Source of the DNA: an uncultured virus (IMG/VR IMGVR_UViG_3300025015_000723)
Lineage: Duplodnaviria; Heunggongvirae; Uroviricota; Caudoviricetes
Strand: one strand, 5' to 3'
Length of the DNA stretch: 64,000 nt
Virus record (IMG/VR): IMGVR_UViG_3300025015_000723
Location: 1-64,000 of that record
Shown: positions 28,279-38,957 of the stretch, in pieces
Layout of the letters: each line of letters opens with the position of its first letter
How positions within the stretch are numbered: position 1 is the stretch's first letter
The notes under the pieces: model-generated
What the model saw: only the letters and a program-made list of their open reading frames with translations
The model's database searches: none
Told to the model about the DNA's origin: nothing
Made by a program: the position numbers and the translations under genes

Positions 28279-28868
28279 TTTTCATCCTTATATTTTTCAG
28301 ATAAGATATTATAAAACATGGCAGTGTTATGCCAATCTATCCACTGCCTAAACACTCTATTATAATGATTTAAATGAATATTAAATGGTATTACTGAAGT
28401 TCTATTTACACCCTTAGGTGCTTCATGTACTGGTTGATTTCCATATTTAATATGTGGAAGCCGCTTAAACAATCTCAATTGATAATCTGGATAAGGTTGG
28501 TCATATTTAGTTCTTTCCCAATCTAACCATTGATATCTTGGAAATAAAAACGAATCACACTCGGGACAACACCCGGCTGCTTTTTTCATATTACTGCAAT
28601 CTTGTGCGGTCAAGTCTTCATCGGCGTCAAGCATAAAAATCCAATTTCCATGTGCAGAATCAATAAGTTTATCTCTAGCGTCTCCAAAATGAATAAAATC
28701 ATATGAATAATAAATTACGTCGGAGGCGGCTACCTTAGCGGTAGTATCATCATCACTTAATGAATCTATGGCCACTATTACTTCAGATGAAAAAAGTTTA
28801 GCTGATTTTATCGGCAAATCAATATAATTAGCGGCATTTTTAGCTAAAATACAAGTTGTTATTTCCAT
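28275..28868 (-). CDS. GT2-like glycosyltransferase
   Basis: D..S.D.T, WIFMLDADE, PDYQLRLF, VHE. Confidence 0.87.
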   Translation of the reverse strand: MEITTCILAKNAANYIDLPIKSAKLFSSEVIVAIDSLSDDDTTAKVAASDVIYYSYDFIHFGDARDKLIDSAHGNWIFMLDADEDLTAQDCSNMKKAAGCCPECDSFLFPRYQWLDWERTKYDQPYPDYQLRLFKRLPHIKYGNQPVHEAPKGVNRTSVIPFNIHLNHYNRVFRQWIDWHNTAMFYNILSEKYKDEK

Positions 28869-29938
28869 AATAGCTCTCGCATTTGAGCCCCTACGGCCTC
28901 TAGTGTAATGTTTTTTGCAATTTCATATTCAACATGTCTTACGTTTTCATCAAAAACCTGTCTCATTTTGAGACTTAAATCCTCAATATTTGGATCTGTC
29001 CATTTTTGAGTTTTCTCGTACCATTGAATCCAACTCATACCAGAAACTGATTCCCACTTACTACTATCCACAGAGTAATAATCTTCTGGAGACATAAAGT
29101 CTACCAGTCCCCCATAGGTAGAAGAAATAATTGGTTTATTTAGCATAGCCGAGGTAGCGAGAGACATATTCCATCCCTCACCCTTAGAGCTAGACACAAA
29201 ACAGTGTGCAGTATTATGAAGGCTCTCTATGGTAAAATCACTAATAATTTTATGAATAAACCATAATCTAGGAAAGGAGGATAGTTGTAATTCAGCTTTA
29301 TAGTTTTTAATTTCCGATTTAATTCGTTCTACATCTTGATTGTTATCTGATGAACCATATGTTTTAACAACTAACAACACATCATCCATTGCTGTAAAAG
29401 CTTTCCAATATGCATGTAGCATAGCTCTTGGGTTTTTTCTAGGGGTCCACTGAAAAATGTTATAAAAGACATATGTATTAGGTGTTACTCCTGGTAAATA
29501 TAAACGTTGCGAATGTGTATGTAGGGACATTGCTTGTGGCACAATACGTATTGGAGTAGTAACTCCACTTTTTATGCACGCATCTTTATTACTTTGACAC
29601 GCCACCCAAATTTCCTGTGCACTATTACAGGCATCTACCCACACGCTTGGAATACAATCGGTTTCCCAAAAAAAATAAATAATGTTTTTCTTGCCGGGCT
29701 CAAAAAATTGAACAGATGAACTAGGAGTACATTGAACTATAACAGTGTCATATGGAATCTTAACATCAATTCGTGCCTTGATTTCAGGTGGTAATGGCTG
29801 TTTGGTGTTATGTATAAAACGAATATTGCAAAGTGTTATAGGAATCTTAGTCTTTAATAGAGCTAATATAGTATTAAGACAAGCGCGTCCATAGCCCGTG
29901 TGATCCTCAGGATTACCAACAAATTTAACGCCCGTCAT
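28859..29938 (-). CDS. GT4-like glycosyltransferase
   Basis: TGYG, WET, W..RKN, SSKGEGW; the second Glu of the EX7E motif appears replaced. Confidence 0.85.
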   Translation of the reverse strand: MTGVKFVGNPEDHTGYGRACLNTILALLKTKIPITLCNIRFIHNTKQPLPPEIKARIDVKIPYDTVIVQCTPSSSVQFFEPGKKNIIYFFWETDCIPSVWVDACNSAQEIWVACQSNKDACIKSGVTTPIRIVPQAMSLHTHSQRLYLPGVTPNTYVFYNIFQWTPRKNPRAMLHAYWKAFTAMDDVLLVVKTYGSSDNNQDVERIKSEIKNYKAELQLSSFPRLWFIHKIISDFTIESLHNTAHCFVSSSKGEGWNMSLATSAMLNKPIISSTYGGLVDFMSPEDYYSVDSSKWESVSGMSWIQWYEKTQKWTDPNIEDLSLKMRQVFDENVRHVEYEIAKNITLEAVGAQMRELLWK

Positions 29939-31854
29939 AGAATCATCCCCTGCGTGAACTGTAAATTGACTAACGTCTCTGGGTCCACGTCAAAAGTATC
30001 TACATACACACAACCCTCTGTTTCTATTTGATTAGAGTAGCTGTGATTTTCTGGAAGAGCATTTAATATCACGGTTGTTTTACCCCTAGGTAAAGCAGCA
30101 AAATTTACACGATCAATAGGTAAGTCGGTGATATAATAAATTTCATATGCTGGCATAATAGCTCTCAAATAATATTCACATACAGGTAAATCACTTAGGT
30201 GGACAACAACAGTAGCCTCTGCCGCCACGGCCTTGCATTTAGCTGCATATTTTATAGATCTAGAACTAAAAACCTCGCGCAGGACACCAACGCTACTTGA
30301 TGGGGAAGAGGCACCATCAATAACATACATTCCGCGCGTGTTTCCAATTGCCGAAGAGAGAGCGCGTATGTATGAATATTTATCATTCGTAATCCCATTA
30401 TATAAGAAAATATAATCCCTAGGAGCAGATAAAACAACTGTTGAGTCTTGTGTAGTTGGTTGATTGATGGGAAGTGGGGGCTTTGGTAGGGCGGTGGATG
30501 GGGTTTTTGGAGAGATGTTCATGGTATTTAATACAACTGCCTGTTGTAGAATTTTTTGCTTTGTTGCTTTAGCTGGTAGGGAATTAGCCGCAACAACCAC
30601 GGAATGTTGCCCAGGAGTAGTTAAACTATTTGCCGCACTGCCCTTTAATATTTTTCTAGCATTTGCCCTATCTATCTTATTGGCATTGCCTGGGGTCATA
30701 GCTATTTTAGCAGCAGAGGAAAGAGTGGTAACAACCTTTCCTTTAATTGGGGGGATAATCTTATTGGATTTAGCTACACCTAAACTATCTCTCATCGTAG
30801 CATCTAAACCAACAATAATATCTTTCCAATTGTATTTTTTAACAGTTGCTAATCCATTGCGAATAACATCTACAGTGCTCTCATAGTTAGAATACACGTA
30901 GATCATTTTATCTCTTAAATCTTGTACATCTGGTTCTCCAATTTTTGCACCCCTTTGATATTGCCAATATTGCATCTGGTGAGTTGCTTCTACTTCGCGG
31001 GTTAAAACTGGATAAGAATTATCACTATTTAAAAAGTCCAAATGGCCACCATAGGCTGAGGCTATTACTGGAACCCCGCAGGCCATTGCTTCTAGTGGAG
31101 TCATACCAAAGCCCTCTGATCGGCTGGGTGCCACATAGGCGGAAGCAGAAGTATAGAGAGACGATAGATTATGGTAAGTGTGATCTATTACCATTACTTC
31201 TGGAAGATTTTTTCCTGGAAATAGGGCTTTAGCATTTGCTATTGTTTTATCAATATCTATAACAAAGCTTTGAGGGGGAGCTGTTCGCCTAGAAGTTTTA
31301 AGAATAAGCCTGACCGCATCATTAGCGTCAAAGGCCTCATAATAGGCCCTCAATAGTAAATCAATACCCTTTCTAACGTGTGGAATTGCACAATATAAAA
31401 AATTGAATTTATCTCGCGGAATAGCTGGGGGAACATTAGGAGAGAAAACTGTAGTATCTACGCCATATGGTAACACCACAATTTTATCAGATATAACTCC
31501 ATTGTCGCGTAAAATATTAGCTGCATATGCAGAGGCAGGAAATACCAGTTGAGCATGTTGATTGATAATAGAGGCCCATCCAGATGGCAATAAAGAGGAT
31601 TCGTAATTATAAATAAGAAATCTAGATTTTTGAGGAATTGCAGGTAGACGATGTGGGACCGTATATCCAAGAAAAACAGGATCGGTTAATTGAGTAGATG
31701 CCAATGATACTATTTCAGATGGTACGTTTTCCCATCCATTGGTACTAGATACTCTAATTTTATTACCAAGGGTTAGTAAATTGGAAATTACATTTCTAGC
31801 GACAATCGACCATGAGGACGTCGAGCCAACGTAGGCGCTATACAAAATGTCCAT
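29935..31854 (-). CDS. GT4 glycosyltransferase with low-complexity linker and extra C-terminal domain
   Basis: PYGVD, RKG.D.LL.A, PSRSEGFGMTPLEAMACGVPVI. Confidence 0.9.
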   Translation of the reverse strand: MDILYSAYVGSTSSWSIVARNVISNLLTLGNKIRVSSTNGWENVPSEIVSLASTQLTDPVFLGYTVPHRLPAIPQKSRFLIYNYESSLLPSGWASIINQHAQLVFPASAYAANILRDNGVISDKIVVLPYGVDTTVFSPNVPPAIPRDKFNFLYCAIPHVRKGIDLLLRAYYEAFDANDAVRLILKTSRRTAPPQSFVIDIDKTIANAKALFPGKNLPEVMVIDHTYHNLSSLYTSASAYVAPSRSEGFGMTPLEAMACGVPVIASAYGGHLDFLNSDNSYPVLTREVEATHQMQYWQYQRGAKIGEPDVQDLRDKMIYVYSNYESTVDVIRNGLATVKKYNWKDIIVGLDATMRDSLGVAKSNKIIPPIKGKVVTTLSSAAKIAMTPGNANKIDRANARKILKGSAANSLTTPGQHSVVVAANSLPAKATKQKILQQAVVLNTMNISPKTPSTALPKPPLPINQPTTQDSTVVLSAPRDYIFLYNGITNDKYSYIRALSSAIGNTRGMYVIDGASSPSSSVGVLREVFSSRSIKYAAKCKAVAAEATVVVHLSDLPVCEYYLRAIMPAYEIYYITDLPIDRVNFAALPRGKTTVILNALPENHSYSNQIETEGCVYVDTFDVDPETLVNLQFTQGMIL

Positions 31855-31878
31855 GTATCCTCTCTTTTTTGTCTTGTA

Positions 31879-34800
31879 TTATAAAGCATAGCTTACTTGA
31901 CCCCTATCCACACAAGTTGGGGTATTGTAATTGCCATTTACATCATATGTGAACACAGTATAATGATATATAACTCCATTCTCAAATTGGACCGCCGAAG
32001 ACGTAGAGGATTCAGTAAATACAGCGTCTCCGCCAGAAGAAAGCTTATAAAGACCACGATAACCTTGAGTGTGTCCATAATATGGATCGGGTTCGGGATG
32101 GTCGGGATCTGCTATAAAATTATCCACCCCATCAATAATAGCTGAACTTGTACCCGGACCAACATTAACAATAGCATTTAAATTAGGGGTAAACACGGAG
32201 TCATATAAAATATACATTGGATCGCTGGCATCGAATGGCTCTACGAAGTTTGTAGCATAGCGATATTTAGAAACGTAAATTCTAACTCCATAAAGTGAAG
32301 ATTCGTCTGGATTTACCCACGATAAAGAGATGCTATCATACAGTGGGCCATGATTACCACTAGCTTGAGGAACAATAGCAAGTTGACATACTGGGCCAGG
32401 AGGTAAAGCATTACCAATACCATATTCAGCGCGAGCGCAACTGTCAACATAACTAAAATGTCCAGCATCGTTATATGTAAAAACAGTATAATAATAAATT
32501 AAATTATAGGACATACCGTTATTACAAGCTGCAGCATTGTATCCCCGCTCACAACCGACAAAACCGGCAGAATACGCCGTTCCAGAGTAAGCATCTACAT
32601 AGCAAGAGCACTCTTGATTTAAAACAAGCTGTTGACGTGGAACTAAATATAAATCCTGATTATAATATGCCACAATTGGTTTAATATCCGCCTCAGAAGT
32701 TTCATCTACAACAGATAAAAATAATTCTGAAGGAGCGGCTGTCGTGCTATTTCCTATGGCGATGGAACTGCCAACAATATCAATAAATTGTAATCTAAAT
32801 GTGTCAGAAGATATGGAAACTGGAACCACAGAAGCATTAGCTCCAACATAATCCAACAAAGTCTCCATTGTAATTTCTGATCCATTTACAGTTTCTAAAG
32901 GAGTTAAATTAATAGAATCTGTGGGTACAATTTGATTGGTAGTGCCATTGTAATAATTAGCCATCCATTGAGATTTAAGTGATAATCTACCAAACGGTAT
33001 AGCTGAAATATTTAAAAAGCTCATTGCTGAAACAGATAATAATGTTGTTGAATCTGCAATATAATCTTCCACAGCTTGGTCGTTTTCATATAGTGGAGCA
33101 GCTATAGCAGTAAGACCAGAATTAAAACTTTCACCTGTTTCATTTTTCAAAATTAATGTAAGAGTACCAATTTGAGGATGAGTTGACACAAATCCGTCAT
33201 ATACTCTAATCATTAAGTATGTATATCCGGTTGGAAAAGAGCTATTGTTAATTGTAGTTGGAATTGTAACAGGTAAAATAATATCATTAATAGCTGAAGA
33301 ACTCACATACATTGTGGAAGCATTTACTGCTTGATAATCCCTCAAAAGATTTATTGAACCGCCCGCATATATAATATCAACATCAAAACGAGGATGAAGA
33401 ATAGCGGAACTAAGATTAAAGGCTGACACGTTAATATTAAATTCCGTACCAGGAATTATGGAATATTCTACGATATCGTTTAAACTATTAAGAGTACCAG
33501 ACATCGCACTAACCAATTCCATAGATAATTCTGGAAGTGGGGAATTTAATCCACGACGTTTTCCTATAATACCCGCTTCTGGATTATCAGCATTACAACA
33601 TGGATTTGCTTGTCCGACTGGATCAAAATTATAAACTCGTCCATCTAAAGTAGTAAATGTTTTTTCAGATACAGCAATAATTACTCCATCGTCGATAGAG
33701 CGTGGATAGTCTTCCGTAGACCTAACAATAACTAACCCACGATAAGAAGTCGGGTCCGAGGGAGGTGTCCACTGTAATCTAACGCGTAGACCCATGTTGG
33801 CGTTCACGCAGGCCCCAATGGTTGTAGAGGCATTTAATGTCCTTGGAACAGAGGTAATGTCGGCACTAGCAATAGAACTTTGAACCATTGGTGGAATGAT
33901 ATTTAATTTTTTAAGAGTACCCGCATCATCCGCATAATATAAATACTTACCCATATGTGGTGTGGTAAGTGTCATTCCAAAGGCACTATCAAAAACCGAC
34001 AATTGATTGCGCTCTACACATCCGGTTTTAAAAACACTGCTCGGGGCCCCAGACTCAGTGTTAATATAGACTGAAGCTAATGCCAATGTTGAATCAGCTT
34101 GAGGAATAATTAAATTAGTGTTATAAGAAGTGGAAATGGCTCTAGCGGGTGGCTCATCTAATAGGCTATATTTAAGGGCCTGTGCGTGAGGAACAAACAC
34201 CCTAGCGTCTTCAATATTGATTAAACCTGGAGACCAATTACCCGCAATTGCGGCAGCATTAATATCGCAGGGTGGTTCATATAATCCCTTAATTGTTTTA
34301 GTGTTTTCATCGGTAACATAGGCTAATATCAACCAAGCGGCTTGATCGGTACTGGACATTTCGGACCAGAGCCTCTCAGTGGTAATAGAGGCCTCAATAA
34401 CCTCAGCCGTTGCAGTAGCATTTGGATTACCCGTTCTAGGATTAGGTTGATATTCCATTTCAACTTCACGAATACGAGCAATAACCATATTACGCCCATC
34501 GCCATTCTGATCGACAGCACCAGCACTCACAATGTTTTTAACGTGAGCTAAATCTAAGTTTCCTAGATGATATCTCACTGTATTACCAACAGAGTCTTCT
34601 ACGTACGTTGGGTTGTTAATAGATGCACCACTAACAATACCATCCCCAGGGAGAAGCTCTACAGTATTAGAAAAAATTTGATAAGCTATTGAATCACCTT
34701 CATAGTTTGTCCATAGTCCGGTTGTTGGATCAAATTTAGTAACATAGCTTTCTAAGTTAGCTAGATTATTACCAAAATTACCATGAATTTGTAAAGTTCC

Positions 34801-35451
34801 GGTTGTAGAATAATTACGCCCAATAACAATAGCATAGTATTGACCAGGAATCATCAAAGATCTGTCATCAAGATTAGAAACAAGTGGCTCTGTGGCAAAA
34901 CTCACATCAATATACGGAAAAGAATTATTAATGGTATTGTGGTCTAACACCCGTCTAGCTAAAACCTGAGAAGCTGGTTCAGTGATGAGGGGGCTGGCAC
35001 CGGTGGGTAATGTTGAATTGCAATTACAGCTATTGCTGGATGTACAATCGGAACCAACAAGAGCCCTAATTTCTACAAAAATTTCACCAAACTGTGTGCC
35101 TGGGGGTACATCCACTAACATCCATAGTCTAACTTTTTGAATATTGTTACTTCTAGCATAAAATTTTTGAGCATATAAAATACGAGGATCGCCAGATGCT
35201 GACATAGTGATTGGATTATTAGCCTGAGATGAAGATTGAAAGTCTAAATAACAACTATTGTTGCGATAGGAATCAACAACAACTCGCATAGCACTCAAAT
35301 CATATGGAGTTGGATTTACGACGCCATTATTAAACATAGACAGAATTAATGCCGTGCGTTTAGAGGAATCATAAGATACAATTCTCTGTAAATTATCTCG
35401 ATATATATTCTGCCCGCTGTAAAATGTTGGTTTCAATACAGTATCGCTCAT
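31879..35451 (-). CDS. putative virion structural protein with FN3-like domains (1190 aa)
   Basis: LQWTPPSD...YP...DG and LSWVNPD; two YxYTVFTY strands; last gene of the structural block. Confidence 0.6.
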   Translation of the reverse strand: MSDTVLKPTFYSGQNIYRDNLQRIVSYDSSKRTALILSMFNNGVVNPTPYDLSAMRVVVDSYRNNSCYLDFQSSSQANNPITMSASGDPRILYAQKFYARSNNIQKVRLWMLVDVPPGTQFGEIFVEIRALVGSDCTSSNSCNCNSTLPTGASPLITEPASQVLARRVLDHNTINNSFPYIDVSFATEPLVSNLDDRSLMIPGQYYAIVIGRNYSTTGTLQIHGNFGNNLANLESYVTKFDPTTGLWTNYEGDSIAYQIFSNTVELLPGDGIVSGASINNPTYVEDSVGNTVRYHLGNLDLAHVKNIVSAGAVDQNGDGRNMVIARIREVEMEYQPNPRTGNPNATATAEVIEASITTERLWSEMSSTDQAAWLILAYVTDENTKTIKGLYEPPCDINAAAIAGNWSPGLINIEDARVFVPHAQALKYSLLDEPPARAISTSYNTNLIIPQADSTLALASVYINTESGAPSSVFKTGCVERNQLSVFDSAFGMTLTTPHMGKYLYYADDAGTLKKLNIIPPMVQSSIASADITSVPRTLNASTTIGACVNANMGLRVRLQWTPPSDPTSYRGLVIVRSTEDYPRSIDDGVIIAVSEKTFTTLDGRVYNFDPVGQANPCCNADNPEAGIIGKRRGLNSPLPELSMELVSAMSGTLNSLNDIVEYSIIPGTEFNINVSAFNLSSAILHPRFDVDIIYAGGSINLLRDYQAVNASTMYVSSSAINDIILPVTIPTTINNSSFPTGYTYLMIRVYDGFVSTHPQIGTLTLILKNETGESFNSGLTAIAAPLYENDQAVEDYIADSTTLLSVSAMSFLNISAIPFGRLSLKSQWMANYYNGTTNQIVPTDSINLTPLETVNGSEITMETLLDYVGANASVVPVSISSDTFRLQFIDIVGSSIAIGNSTTAAPSELFLSVVDETSEADIKPIVAYYNQDLYLVPRQQLVLNQECSCYVDAYSGTAYSAGFVGCERGYNAAACNNGMSYNLIYYYTVFTYNDAGHFSYVDSCARAEYGIGNALPPGPVCQLAIVPQASGNHGPLYDSISLSWVNPDESSLYGVRIYVSKYRYATNFVEPFDASDPMYILYDSVFTPNLNAIVNVGPGTSSAIIDGVDNFIADPDHPEPDPYYGHTQGYRGLYKLSSGGDAVFTESSTSSAVQFENGVIYHYTVFTYDVNGNYNTPTCVDRGQVSYAL

Positions 35452-35487
35452 ATTTCATCCCCAAAGATTAGTATTTTATTAATAGTT

Positions 35488-37368
35488 TTAAGCAAAATTC
35501 ACAAAAGCCGTACTATTAGCTGGTTTAACCATTGAGATAAGATTTGTAATCAATGCCTTATCTAATGGAAAACTGAAAGGATTTAGCACGTTAACAATAA
35601 ACTCAAAATTACGACCATATTCGTCCTGCAAATTAGTAAATGTCATAGCTTCAATGGCGGCAATATTAAAATCATATCCAAGTGTTACTCTACTGTCGCT
35701 TATTGAAACAGGTTGCTGACGTTTAAAAGCAGCCACCTCTGCAGTTGAAAGCGGAGCATTCGTAATGGCCAATTGATCAATGAGAACTTGACCAGGATAC
35801 AAACCATTAATATCTTCCCCAATATAAATATGAGTAAAATCAGAGGCATTGTCAATAAATTGTCCACTAATTTCCTTTACCGCAGCTTTACTTTTAACAG
35901 TATCTAGCCAATCTGTAGGTTCAGTATTATATTTTTGAGTGGGTTGCTCATTCATTAATCCCAACCAATCATAAAAAGTACCACCATAAACCTGATTGGA
36001 TACTGTAAATGTTTCATTTTCATATGTTGCTATTTGATACGACACGCCATCAATAAATTGATTAAAGAAGCTCTCTAAACCAGATATGGTTCTTGAAAAT
36101 TTACTTCCTGTGGGATTCCCTATCGTAATCGTGCTTGGATCTACGATACCACCTAACTTTTCCACAATAAACTTATTAACCCTAGCTTTCACTTCGTGGG
36201 TTTGGGCATCTCCACCAATAAATGTAGAATCAGCATAATCTCCAAACAATCTCTCTTCAGCTGTAACCTCGTCAATACCAAATGTAGCGCCTGTGTCATA
36301 TTTAAGTAAACTACGCAACTCTCCATTAAGATATAGTCTCATGAAATTTTCAGTCGGGGAGGAGGAATTATTCCATGTAATAGCTATATGATTATATTCA
36401 TTGCCATTTAAATCTTTAGTGGATAAAGGACAATGAATTACATATTTATCTGTACGTACAGAATTTGTTCCCGATATAGGAGTAAAACCTATAATTTCAA
36501 ATGTTAAATTATCAATCTCATCGATATAAAGGGAAAAAGAAGCAGCTAAATTATTAGAGCCGACAAAAGGCTGCATGTCAACTATATAGTATTTGGTTCC
36601 TCTGGTTTTACAGAGTCTTTTAGCCCATAACTGTATAGATCCAGTTGTTGCACTAAAATATTTCACATTTGGAACAATCAGGGGCGTGCCACTAAACACT
36701 CCTGCTTGACCGAACAAAGAGTCTGCTAAGAAAACACCAGAATATAATGGATAAAATGGTGCAAAATTATCAAAACAATCATCAAAATGAACGACCATAA
36801 GATTATGTCTGCCTGAATCGATAAATGGAGCCAATCTATTATTAGTTTTAATTGGACTAATACCTAAAGAATTAGAAATCAAATCATTATTAAATGATTT
36901 ATCCAAAAGACGCTGCTCTAAGAGAATGGCATCGGCTGGATAATACGAATCGTAAGTATATCCCGAATCATATTTTGGTTTTGAAATTCCAAGATGAGGG
37001 GCTAAGTCATACTTCATTTGAGATGAAGATGATCCTAAATATAAAGAACGACCAGTTTTTTTCATTTTAATATCTAAACCGGTATCATATTCAAAAACAT
37101 ATTTACCTGGTGGTAAAGAGTTGATAGATTCAATGGAAAAAGAAAAAGACAATTCTGAATTAATAATATTAGCGCTAATATCTATATAATAATGTTGAGA
37201 TTCTTCAGCATCAGCCGTTACATAATATAAACCATCTTCCGTAATTGTAATAATTCTGTCAGTTTCTCCATTGTTCCATAAATAAGAACTATATCCATCT
37301 GTAGCAGTAGCTGTTACACAACGAAACTCTGGATTATCCGACCAAGTAAAAACAATTTCTAAAGCCAT
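35488..37368 (-). CDS. LamG/concanavalin-like structural protein
   Basis: GSIQLW, NHIAITW, LYLNG, IDQLAI; ends ...VKPANS, as in tail/baseplate proteins. Confidence 0.65.
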   Translation of the reverse strand: MALEIVFTWSDNPEFRCVTATATDGYSSYLWNNGETDRIITITEDGLYYVTADAEESQHYYIDISANIINSELSFSFSIESINSLPPGKYVFEYDTGLDIKMKKTGRSLYLGSSSSQMKYDLAPHLGISKPKYDSGYTYDSYYPADAILLEQRLLDKSFNNDLISNSLGISPIKTNNRLAPFIDSGRHNLMVVHFDDCFDNFAPFYPLYSGVFLADSLFGQAGVFSGTPLIVPNVKYFSATTGSIQLWAKRLCKTRGTKYYIVDMQPFVGSNNLAASFSLYIDEIDNLTFEIIGFTPISGTNSVRTDKYVIHCPLSTKDLNGNEYNHIAITWNNSSSPTENFMRLYLNGELRSLLKYDTGATFGIDEVTAEERLFGDYADSTFIGGDAQTHEVKARVNKFIVEKLGGIVDPSTITIGNPTGSKFSRTISGLESFFNQFIDGVSYQIATYENETFTVSNQVYGGTFYDWLGLMNEQPTQKYNTEPTDWLDTVKSKAAVKEISGQFIDNASDFTHIYIGEDINGLYPGQVLIDQLAITNAPLSTAEVAAFKRQQPVSISDSRVTLGYDFNIAAIEAMTFTNLQDEYGRNFEFIVNVLNPFSFPLDKALITNLISMVKPANSTAFVNFA

Positions 37369-37375
37369 ATTATCC

Positions 37376-38944
37376 TCAATTGGTTATCATAACTTTTACT
37401 TCTATGACAGATCCATTTTTGAATCTATATTTGGGATTAACGGTAGGGCCATTAATAATAAAACGCCACCCATTGGATATTTCTGAATATGACACATAAG
37501 AGGAGTCTTTAGTAAGAGTTTCTAAGAGACCTCCATTCTGATATACAAAGAAATTAATATACGAAATAGGAATAGCCCTATCAGTAGAATCTATTACATC
37601 AAACATAATATCAGTATATCTACTTAATATTGATCCAGTTGAGACTGAACCATTTAATATTAATCCTGGCTCTTGATTAACATAAGAACTTGCAACATAA
37701 ATATTTGACGTCATAGTTGTAAAATTATCAATCGATTGCATTGCCGCTTTATAATATCCTGGAGCTGTCGGTAAAAATAACTCTTCTGTTGTGTCAAATA
37801 ACATAATATTATCTAAAAACCAATAAGTTCTAGCAATAGTTTTACCAGGCCATAATGCAGATAATGTTGCTGGACCCAATGAATCTGGTGTTATGGAAAT
37901 ATATGCATCCATAGTAAGATAAACTTCCTCAGAAATCACAGAACATCCATTAGAATCGGTCACCAATACCGAATAATTACCAGGTAATCCAGCTAAATAT
38001 GTAAAAGTAGTTGCACTAAAAATATCAACGCCTTCCAAGCGCCACTGATAAGAAATGTAAATATCTGGTACGGATAATGTATAAAAAGACACATTGATTG
38101 TCGGCGCGGATGGCGCAACATACACAATTACAGCGTGACTATTCGATTCCATAGCGCATGAATTTACACTTGTTCCGACAACAGTATAATTACCACTTAC
38201 AGTTGCTATATATGTACTGCTTTCCGCTCCACTAATAATAACTCCATCTAATTTCCATTGATAAGAATTTACACCAGAAGAGGCCGTAGAAAGAGATATA
38301 GAATCGCAACCAGAAGCATCTCCAATAATAGAAATAGTCGGAAAACTATAAATGACAACCGCATGAGTAGATGAGATTCCATAACAACCGTTAGAATTGG
38401 TTCCAGCCACAGTGTATGATCCACTTTCAGTGGCAACATATGTATCACTATTTACACCAATAGGATTACCATCTTTAGCCCATTGATAAGTAACAATGTC
38501 AGAACCAGTTGCCGTTAAAGTGACTGACGTACAATCAGAGGAATCTCCAATTATACCCATTATTGGGGCAACATAAATAGTTACAAACAATCCATTGGAA
38601 TAAAGCCACGGATCAGAAATTGTAACCCTGGCAGAAATCCTATAGTAAGCAGTGGAGACTACTGAATAAGTTGAACTTGTAGCCAAAACAATATCAGACC
38701 AAGTGGAATTGTCAGGAGAAGTTTGCCACCGATAAACGTCATATACATCAGTAGATAGAGCTACGCTAGTGCAGCCAGATGAATCGCCATATATATTAAT
38801 TGGTAAGTTTGCTGGTAAAAAGGGTTCTGCGTTAAAAGATAAATCTAATGGACCTGCCTCTGCTTTGGCTGGAATTTGGACAAACGGTTGTGCTTCAAAG
38901 GCATAATCCATTCCAATTAAATCGTTGCTACCAGGCAGAGACAT
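37376..38944 (-). CDS. Ig-like repeat appendage protein
   Basis: Four Y(Q/R)W...I...TY....G.Y.V...N.C repeats; C-terminal module shared with 41639-43525. Confidence 0.7.
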   Translation of the reverse strand: MSLPGSNDLIGMDYAFEAQPFVQIPAKAEAGPLDLSFNAEPFLPANLPINIYGDSSGCTSVALSTDVYDVYRWQTSPDNSTWSDIVLATSSTYSVVSTAYYRISARVTISDPWLYSNGLFVTIYVAPIMGIIGDSSDCTSVTLTATGSDIVTYQWAKDGNPIGVNSDTYVATESGSYTVAGTNSNGCYGISSTHAVVIYSFPTISIIGDASGCDSISLSTASSGVNSYQWKLDGVIISGAESSTYIATVSGNYTVVGTSVNSCAMESNSHAVIVYVAPSAPTINVSFYTLSVPDIYISYQWRLEGVDIFSATTFTYLAGLPGNYSVLVTDSNGCSVISEEVYLTMDAYISITPDSLGPATLSALWPGKTIARTYWFLDNIMLFDTTEELFLPTAPGYYKAAMQSIDNFTTMTSNIYVASSYVNQEPGLILNGSVSTGSILSRYTDIMFDVIDSTDRAIPISYINFFVYQNGGLLETLTKDSSYVSYSEISNGWRFIINGPTVNPKYRFKNGSVIEVKVMITN

Positions 38945-38957
38945 TCAATTACCTCAT

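Noticed and set aside
23108..31854. Host O-antigen or capsule locus, suggesting contamination or a chimeric assembly
   Set aside because: No wzx/wzy/ABC exporter, and it shares strand, composition and promoter motif with the flanking phage genes.
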